This document shows positions 58,112 to 64,000 of a DNA stretch of 64,000 bases, in pieces. A model generated the notes under the pieces. That model was not told where the DNA came from, did not search any database, and saw only the letters and a list, made by a program, of their open reading frames with translations. The position numbers and the translations under genes are program-made. The stretch's first letter is position 1. Every line of letters begins with the position of its first letter. The stretch covers positions 99,037-163,036 of the forward strand of contig JBAZNQ010000001.1 in NCBI GenBank assembly GCA_041649135.1, read 5' to 3'. This DNA comes from Patescibacteria group bacterium. Lineage in GTDB: Bacteria > Patescibacteriota > Kazan-3B-28.

Positions 58112-59386
58112 ATGTATCGGAATTCTCACAAATCGATCTCTTCTCGCCACTCTACTTCTCGTAGAAGTTTTGGCGGAACCCACAGCACTGGCTCAAAACC
58201 GCCAGTTTTTAGTAGTGGAGCTCCTCATCGCTCGTCCTACGGGCGTAGCGGTGGTGGCCGTCGGTCATTTCGCTCGGCTGGAAAATCCGAGTTAAATATC
58301 GATACTTTCATCAATAAAGCTACTTCAAGATCAATTGTTACAGAATTTCACCCCCAACATCAGTTTGCTGATTTTGGGCTAGATAAAGCTTTATTTGCAG
58401 CTATCGCGCAAAAAGGCTATGCCGATCCAACTCCTATCCAAGACAAGACAATTCCTTTAATTATGGCGGGCAAAGATTTAGTCGGTTTGGCTAATACTGG
58501 TACCGGTAAAACCGCCGCCTTCCTCTTACCTTTAATTCATAAAATTAATCAGAATCGTAACCAACGAATTTTAATTCTGTCTCCGACTCGTGAATTAGCC
58601 ATCCAGATTAATCAGGAGTTCAAAAGTTTTACTACTAAACTTGGGATGCATTCTGTCGCTTGTGTAGGTGGAATGAACATTAGTTCCCAGATTCGCGAAT
58701 TGCGTTACCATCACCAATTTATTATTGGTACTCCCGGTCGGATTTTGGATTTAATGCAACGGGGTGTTCTAAAACTTGATGACGTCAAAACCATCGTGCT
58801 CGACGAAGCTGATTGTATGTTGGATATGGGTTTCATTAATGATATGCGGTTTGTGATGTCAAAAATGCCGACTTCCCGTCAGACTTTGTTTTTCTCCGCC
58901 ACTATGTCACCAACTATCAGCAAATTGATCGATGAATTTTTAACCGAACCCATAACTGTATCTGTCAGCCACCAAGCCGCCCCCACCAATATTGAACAAA
59001 ATGTGGTGCGCTTGAACGGTCGGAATCGAGTGGACGTCTTACAGGATTTACTCCAAGGTTCTGACTACACCAAAGTTTTAGTCTTTGGTCGAACTAAACA
59101 CGGCGTCGAAAAACTATCTAAAACTTTAATTGAGCGTGGCATCAAAGCTGAATCGATTCACGGCAACAAGAATCATGGCAGTCGTCAACGGTCTTTAAAG
59201 CAATTCAAAGATGGCACTGTTCAAGTGCTAGTGGCTACCGATGTGGCGGCTCGTGGTTTGGATATTAATAATGTCAGCCATGTTATTAATTACGAGCTTC
59301 CCGAATCTCGCGAAGACTATATCCATCGCATCGGTCGGACTGGTCGTGGCATTCATCTCGGTAAAGCCCTGACTTTTATTGGGTAA
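58112..59386 (+). CDS. DEAD-box ATP-dependent RNA helicase with Arg/Ser-rich N-terminal extension
   Basis: Q-motif region ...TPIQ, GTGKTAAF, PTRELA, DEAD (LDEADCMLDMGF), SAT, HRIGRTGR. Confidence 0.85.
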   Translation: MYRNSHKSISSRHSTSRRSFGGTHSTGSKPPVFSSGAPHRSSYGRSGGGRRSFRSAGKSELNIDTFINKATSRSIVTEFHPQHQFADFGLDKALFAAIAQKGYADPTPIQDKTIPLIMAGKDLVGLANTGTGKTAAFLLPLIHKINQNRNQRILILSPTRELAIQINQEFKSFTTKLGMHSVACVGGMNISSQIRELRYHHQFIIGTPGRILDLMQRGVLKLDDVKTIVLDEADCMLDMGFINDMRFVMSKMPTSRQTLFFSATMSPTISKLIDEFLTEPITVSVSHQAAPTNIEQNVVRLNGRNRVDVLQDLLQGSDYTKVLVFGRTKHGVEKLSKTLIERGIKAESIHGNKNHGSRQRSLKQFKDGTVQVLVATDVAARGLDINNVSHVINYELPESREDYIHRIGRTGRGIHLGKALTFIG

Positions 59387-59399
59387 TCAACTATTCCGG

Positions 59400-59510
59400 G
59401 TCATTCTGGCAAGCCCCCTCCGTCATTCTGGTAATTCTGCCGTACGGCAGAAGCGACCAGAATCGTAGAAAATATATTTATAAGATTCTGGCCAAGCCAG
59501 AATGACACAA
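59400..59510. repeat. MITE-like element array (gtcattctgg ... ccagaatgac)
   Basis: gtcattctggcaagccccctccgtcattctggtaattctgccgtacggcagaagcgaccagaatcgtag...aagattctggccaagccagaatgac. Confidence 0.75.
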
Positions 59511-59686
59511 ACAAAAAACAGCGCCGCAGGCACCACCAAAACTTTTTCATCGCAGATCCTTCGACCTGTCCGCCATAGCTTTAGCGACGGAGGAAGCCTT
59601 GGCGGAGGAGGACCATTCACTTTTAACTTTCTGCTATCTCAAATTATTCACTGTTCACTATTCACTTTTAACTTTTCATTATCTCT

Positions 59687-61507
59687 ATGGAAATTAGAAA
59701 CATCGCTATTATTGCTCATGTCGATCATGGGAAAACCGCATTAACTGATGCGATTTTAAAGCAAACCGGTATGGCAGAAGCCGGCATGACGATGGATTCT
59801 AACGCTCTCGAACAAGAGCGAGGAATTACGATCTATTCCAAAAATACTTCAGTTTTCTACAAAGGGACAAAAATTAACATTCTCGACACTCCCGGCCATG
59901 CCGATTTCGGTTCGGAAGTTGAACGAGTTTTGCGCTCCGTTGATTCTGTCTTGCTTGTTGTCGATGCCGCCGAAGGTCCGATGCCCCAGACCAAATTTGT
60001 TTTAAAAAAATCCTTGGAACTAGGTTTAAAGCCAATTTTGATCCTGAATAAAATCGATAAACCTGCCGCCAATGTCGAAACTGCCAGCGAAGCAGTCGCC
60101 GAATTATTTTTAGACTTGGGCGCTACCGACAGTCAGTTCAATTTTGAAACTCTCTACGCCATTGGTCGGGATGGTTTGGCCAAAAAGGACATGAGCCATG
60201 AGGCTGAAGATCTGACCCCAATTTTGGATACAATTCTAGAAACTGTTCCCGCCGCCTCTGGCGACAATCTTGCTGCCAAGCCGTTGAAGATGCAGGTGTT
60301 TAATCTGGCTTACGATAATTATCTTGGTCGGATGGGCATTTGCCGGATTTATGAAGGCACTGTCAAGGATGGTCAAAAATTGATCGTCAAGAATCCCAGT
60401 GGCCAAATGTTTACCGGCAAAATTACCAAATTGTATACTTTTGAAGGTATGGCAAAAAAAGAAACCAGCGAAGCTAGTGCTGGCGATATTGTCATGCTGG
60501 CAGGACTTCCGGAAATTTTTATCGGTCAGACTTTGCTTGATAGTGAAACCGGTGAACCCATGCCAGCGATTGCTATTGATGAACCGATCCTATCGATTTA
60601 TATGTTTGTCAACGATTCACCATTTGCTGGCAAGTCTGGCAAATTCTTAACTTCCCGCAAAATTAAGGAACGGTTAGAAAAAGAGCTTGAGGTAAACGTT
60701 GGATTGAAAGTTGATTTTGGTGATGCTCGCTACAAAGTTCATGGCCGCGGTGAGTTACATCTTGCCGTGTTAATTGAAAATATGCGCCGTGAAGGTTTTG
60801 AGCTAGCCGTTTCCCAGCCGGAAGTTATTTTAAAAAATGCTGACGGTACACCTGATACCAATCCCACCGGCTCCAAGGATGGAAAGCTCGAGCCATTTGA
60901 AGAAGTGTCAGTTCTCGTCCCAGATGACCTCTCTGGTGTTGTCATCGAAAAATTAAGTAGCCGCAAAGGTATCATGACAAGTTTAATTTCCGAAAATGGC
61001 GAGTCAAAAATTACTTTTGATATTCCAACCCGCGGACTTTTGGGTTATCGCAACGAATTTATTATCGACACCAAAGGAAAGGGGATTCTCACTTCGATCT
61101 TTTCCAACTTCAGACCGTATGTCGGCGCAATTAGCAAAACTAAATATGGTTCCATGGTTTCCATGATGACCGGCAAAGCCTTGGGCTATGCCCTGTTTAA
61201 TTTACAGGATCGTGGCACGCTTTACATCAAAGCCAATACGGAAGTTTACGAGGGTATGGTGATTGGCAATATTGCTAAAGGCAACGATGTCTGTGTTAAT
61301 CCGATCAAGGGCAAACAACTTACCAACACTCGTTCCTCTGGTACTGATGAGGCCATTCGATTGACTCCGCCGCTTGAATTAACGCTGGAAAAGGCTATCG
61401 ATATTATGAATGATGATGAATTTATCGAAGTTACCCCCGATGCTGTTAGATTGCGTAAACAGTATCTAACTGAACTCGACCGCAAGAAACATCTCCGCGG
61501 GCAGTAA
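59687..61507 (+). CDS. typA: Translational GTPase TypA/BipA
   Basis: G1 AHVDHGKTAL, DTPGHADF, NKID; EF-G-like domains; 606 aa. Confidence 0.9.
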   Translation: MEIRNIAIIAHVDHGKTALTDAILKQTGMAEAGMTMDSNALEQERGITIYSKNTSVFYKGTKINILDTPGHADFGSEVERVLRSVDSVLLVVDAAEGPMPQTKFVLKKSLELGLKPILILNKIDKPAANVETASEAVAELFLDLGATDSQFNFETLYAIGRDGLAKKDMSHEAEDLTPILDTILETVPAASGDNLAAKPLKMQVFNLAYDNYLGRMGICRIYEGTVKDGQKLIVKNPSGQMFTGKITKLYTFEGMAKKETSEASAGDIVMLAGLPEIFIGQTLLDSETGEPMPAIAIDEPILSIYMFVNDSPFAGKSGKFLTSRKIKERLEKELEVNVGLKVDFGDARYKVHGRGELHLAVLIENMRREGFELAVSQPEVILKNADGTPDTNPTGSKDGKLEPFEEVSVLVPDDLSGVVIEKLSSRKGIMTSLISENGESKITFDIPTRGLLGYRNEFIIDTKGKGILTSIFSNFRPYVGAISKTKYGSMVSMMTGKALGYALFNLQDRGTLYIKANTEVYEGMVIGNIAKGNDVCVNPIKGKQLTNTRSSGTDEAIRLTPPLELTLEKAIDIMNDDEFIEVTPDAVRLRKQYLTELDRKKHLRGQ

Positions 61508-61619
61508 GAACTAGTGGTTTGCCAGTCTCCCTAAATCGTAGCATCAGTTTGACTTGTAACACCTCCCTCAAGTAGAGTGGAGCTATCACTTGTACCTATC
61601 TCAAAATCAGGAGAAACCC

Positions 61620-61838
61620 ATGAAAATGTGGTTACTCGCGGTTCCTAACCGCGCGGCAGAGGTCGCCGAATCGTATCTTCAGCGCGCTGGCCTTGAATAC
61701 ATACGTTATTCCGAGACTGGACCGTATGATACCGAGCCGGTTCTGGAACTGGAAGATGGCAGAATTTTTGAAGGCTTAAGAGCGATCAACGAGTTCTGCA
61801 ATCGTGAAACAGCCATCAAAGGAGCGGAATCACACTAA
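61620..61838 (+). CDS. Thioredoxin-fold GST-N/glutaredoxin-like mini-protein lacking CxxC (paralog of 50645-50881)
   Basis: SD caggag 6 nt before ATG; MKMWLLAVPNRAAEVAESYLQRAGLEY...EPVLELEDGRIFEGLRAINEFC. Confidence 0.5.
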   Translation: MKMWLLAVPNRAAEVAESYLQRAGLEYIRYSETGPYDTEPVLELEDGRIFEGLRAINEFCNRETAIKGAESH

Positions 61839-61883
61839 ACTCGTCGTATCTTGGTGTTAACCCATATGTAGGAGGTGAACGTG

Positions 61884-62210
61884 ATGTTCATGGTCGGCCG
61901 GCATATTGCCAGTACCGCAGAGGAGTTCGATGCGAAGGCCACACTACTCTCTCCAAGCTACTACGCAGAGGTAGCCCGCATCGACTACGGGTTGAGTATT
62001 GGGGATGAGGAGTACTCTGGCCTCAACCTTAATGACTCCGAACCAGCAACCGAGGAGCAGAAGCACCGGCTTACTGAACTGTACGATCAGGTTCAGAACG
62101 CGCAGTTAACCGAGGAGGACTTCAAGGGAGTCGGTGTCAAGTGCGCAGCCGAGCTTATCCTTGATATGGAAAAGAAGCTTGCCTATCGGCAAGCCCATGG
62201 AGGGCAGTAA
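61884..62210 (+). CDS. Hypothetical acidic protein
   Basis: SD aggaggtgaacgtg-ATG; followed by terminator ccgccacctg-aaaccaacc-aggtggcgg + tttttt at 62228-62268. Confidence 0.4.
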   Translation: MFMVGRHIASTAEEFDAKATLLSPSYYAEVARIDYGLSIGDEEYSGLNLNDSEPATEEQKHRLTELYDQVQNAQLTEEDFKGVGVKCAAELILDMEKKLAYRQAHGGQ

Positions 62211-62331
62211 CTGCCTTCAAACAGCTGTACCTGTCGCACCCCGCCACCTGAAACCAACCAGGTGGCGGTTTTTTGTTTCATCATCTGGAAAGAAAAAATG
62301 CCACCAAGCTGGCGGCATTAATCGAATCAGT

Positions 62332-62700
62332 CTAAAACGTCGCGCTGACTCGTTGGAATTTATCAGGTACATCACGAACCTTTCGTACGGTGCGATAGCG
62401 ATAGTCCACCACCCAAGCTGTGTTCGTACCATCTACGTTAGGTACGTACACAACGTTGTGGCCATGTTTGACTACAAAGGCCCAATGAATTTCTGGCAGC
62501 CAGTCGCATTCCGTGCTAAGTATCCTTGCCATATCCCTCACCCTGATCGCGACTAGAGGTTTCACAGCGAACACGGCCAACTTTCTCCAGAAAACTGGCC
62601 AACGGCTGATTGCCACGATTAGCTTGTCAATGAAACGCATTAGTTCGTTTCTTAACTCAACTCCGATCCAGTCAGCAAAGTGCATAGCGCAAACCCCCAA
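62332..62700 (-). CDS. Hypothetical protein
   Basis: 122-aa ORF convergent with the previous gene; start uncertain. Confidence 0.3.
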   Translation of the reverse strand: MGVCAMHFADWIGVELRNELMRFIDKLIVAISRWPVFWRKLAVFAVKPLVAIRVRDMARILSTECDWLPEIHWAFVVKHGHNVVYVPNVDGTNTAWVVDYRYRTVRKVRDVPDKFQRVSATF

Positions 62701-62811
62701 TGAAATTTCTCATTCAGAGCATACTGACAGGCGTACCTGTCAGTCAAGGCTTGACACTATGTTAGAAATGTATAACATAGGACTTGTGATATATTTCTAA
62801 CTCCTATATTT

Positions 62812-63360
62812 ATGACACTCAAACAATTCCAAATCGTTAAACTAACCATTGCGGCGCTAGTGGCGGGGACTATTAGCTACAGCATCACTGTCGACAACTA
62901 TATTGTCCCGATGATCAGTATCGCTTTTTCCATTATTCTGCTTGTGTATTTGCGAAGCCGAGTGAAAGAAGTAATAGCTGATGAACGAGATTATGAGATC
63001 GGTGGTCATGCCGCTCGCTGGGCTATGATGATCTTCAGCTGGACCGCAGTCATTGCGATGTTCCTTCTGTATTACGAAAAAGCGCTTAACCCAACTTTTG
63101 AAGTAGTCGCATATGTCTTGGCCTATGCTGTTTGCGTTCTAATGCTTTTGTATTCGCTCCTCTTTCGTTATTACGATCAGATCAGATTCATGAAACGCCG
63201 AACCTACTACATTATTGCCGGAGTAGTCCTTTTAATTATTGTCGCGATCATGGGCCTTCGGTTTTTCAGCGGTGAAGACACTTGGATGTGCCAAAATGGC
63301 CAATGGGTCGAACATGGCCATCCGTCTGCTTCGATGCCAACTACTAATTGTCAAAAATAA
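62812..63360 (+). CDS. Polytopic membrane protein (DUF2178-like) paired with a downstream HTH regulator
   Basis: 4 TM helices; its stop overlaps the start of the XRE-type regulator gene by 13 nt. Confidence 0.45.
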   Translation: MTLKQFQIVKLTIAALVAGTISYSITVDNYIVPMISIAFSIILLVYLRSRVKEVIADERDYEIGGHAARWAMMIFSWTAVIAMFLLYYEKALNPTFEVVAYVLAYAVCVLMLLYSLLFRYYDQIRFMKRRTYYIIAGVVLLIIVAIMGLRFFSGEDTWMCQNGQWVEHGHPSASMPTTNCQK

Positions 63361-63551
63361 ATATGAAAAACAAGATCAAACAATTTCGCGCTAAACTTGA
63401 TCTCACCCAAGATGAGTTGGCCAAAATGGCAGGAGTGCGTCGGGAGACGATCGTGTTTTTGGAGCAGGGGAAATACAACCCATCACTTCAACTAGCTCAC
63501 AACGTCGCCAAAGCGCTCAAAACCACCATTGGAGAACTTTTTGGTTTGTAA
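63348..63551 (+). CDS. XRE-family helix-turn-helix transcriptional regulator (67 aa)
   Basis: [39 protein letters not shown], a canonical Cro/C1 HTH. Confidence 0.8.
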   Translation: MSKINMKNKIKQFRAKLDLTQDELAKMAGVRRETIVFLEQGKYNPSLQLAHNVAKALKTTIGELFGL

Positions 63552-63614
63552 AAGACTTGTTCTATCTCCCAGAGGAGCTTATTCTGTTCATAACTAGTAC
63601 CTCGGGAGTCGGCT

Positions 63615-64000
63615 ATGGCATCAAAGCGATCCGTTTACCGATCAATCTATCGGCACGAATTTCACAAGCTTTGCTCCAAAGCCTATGAGTATCTTTGCGA
63701 GCTGCATCCCAACGCTGTCACCTTCGACCCACCCACTTTTGGTGAATATGATGGGTACGGCCAACGGGGTGATCGGATTTGGTTCAACGGCAACGCTTAC
63801 ATCGGAGGGATCACCCCAAAACGTTACCTATGCGTCGCTGAACTAGTCTTTGACAGCAAAGGTAGGCTTCTTCACATCGATAGCGCCGAATATTCCTTGC
63901 TACCCCACAACGCCTACTTCGACTTCTGGATTAGCAAGGGATTGTTCGAAACACCGGGCGAACTGGAAGATCCTGATCTCTTTCGGAGAGATCGTCCACC
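63615..64000 (+). CDS. Hypothetical protein, 3' end outside the window
   Basis: SD gggag 6 nt before the ATG at 63615; frame open to the window end (128 codons); about 50% GC. Confidence 0.4.
   Translation, partial: MASKRSVYRSIYRHEFHKLCSKAYEYLCELHPNAVTFDPPTFGEYDGYGQRGDRIWFNGNAYIGGITPKRYLCVAELVFDSKGRLLHIDSAEYSLLPHNAYFDFWISKGLFETPGELEDPDLFRRDRP

Overview
The window reads as a small, low-GC (about 43-46%) streamlined bacterial genome, probably a Patescibacteria/CPR or Saccharibacteria-like organism with a Gram-positive-type envelope. That lineage call rests on gene content (sortase plus LPXTG substrate), weak Shine-Dalgarno usage and many tiny hypothetical genes, not on any search. Housekeeping genes are dense: rarA (partial), pheS, pheT, gyrB, alr, pyrG, rpmA, glyA, gltX, typA, a DEAD-box helicase, a cdaA-like/ybbR pair, a Clp-like ATPase, and a GT4/GT26 glycosyltransferase cluster. 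Two tRNAs are present, tRNA-Leu(CAA) and tRNA-Gln(CTG).

The most striking content is a very abundant palindromic MITE-like repeat family with termini GTCAT[TC]C...GAATCCAG / CTGGATTC...GAATGAC, with more than 20 copies or fragments in 64 kb. One full-length copy carries an intact small GIY-YIG nuclease gene between its two hairpin arms. A second copy at 25.3 kb carries an internally deleted remnant of the same gene. Short copies of the same repeat sit in frame inside gyrB, gltX and a DnaQ/DinG-like gene, adding VIPAEAGIQ-like peptides, much as Rickettsia palindromic elements do.

Several higher-GC islets (50-62% GC) look laterally acquired. These are at 14.5-15.2 kb, 19.0-23.5 kb, 27.85-28.5 kb, 50.2-50.9 kb, 53.7-55.95 kb (directly downstream of tRNA-Gln), and 61.6-64 kb. 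They encode lipoproteins, secreted proteins, paralogous CxxC-less GST-N/Grx-like mini-proteins and small hypothetical genes, each with its own SD and terminator.

Other notable items: a 1342-aa LPXTG surface protein (PA14 + DUF11 + SdrD-B-like domains) with its sortase 33 kb away; a CdaA-like protein whose DGA/RHR motifs appear substituted; a membrane-anchored ClpC-like ATPase with a dead D1 Walker B; tRNA-fragment duplications next to tRNA-Leu; two consensus sigma70 promoters driving apparently noncoding transcripts; and several short sequence-motif families (TTCACTTTTAAC, CTAGAT(A/G) and TTGGTTAGATTGG).
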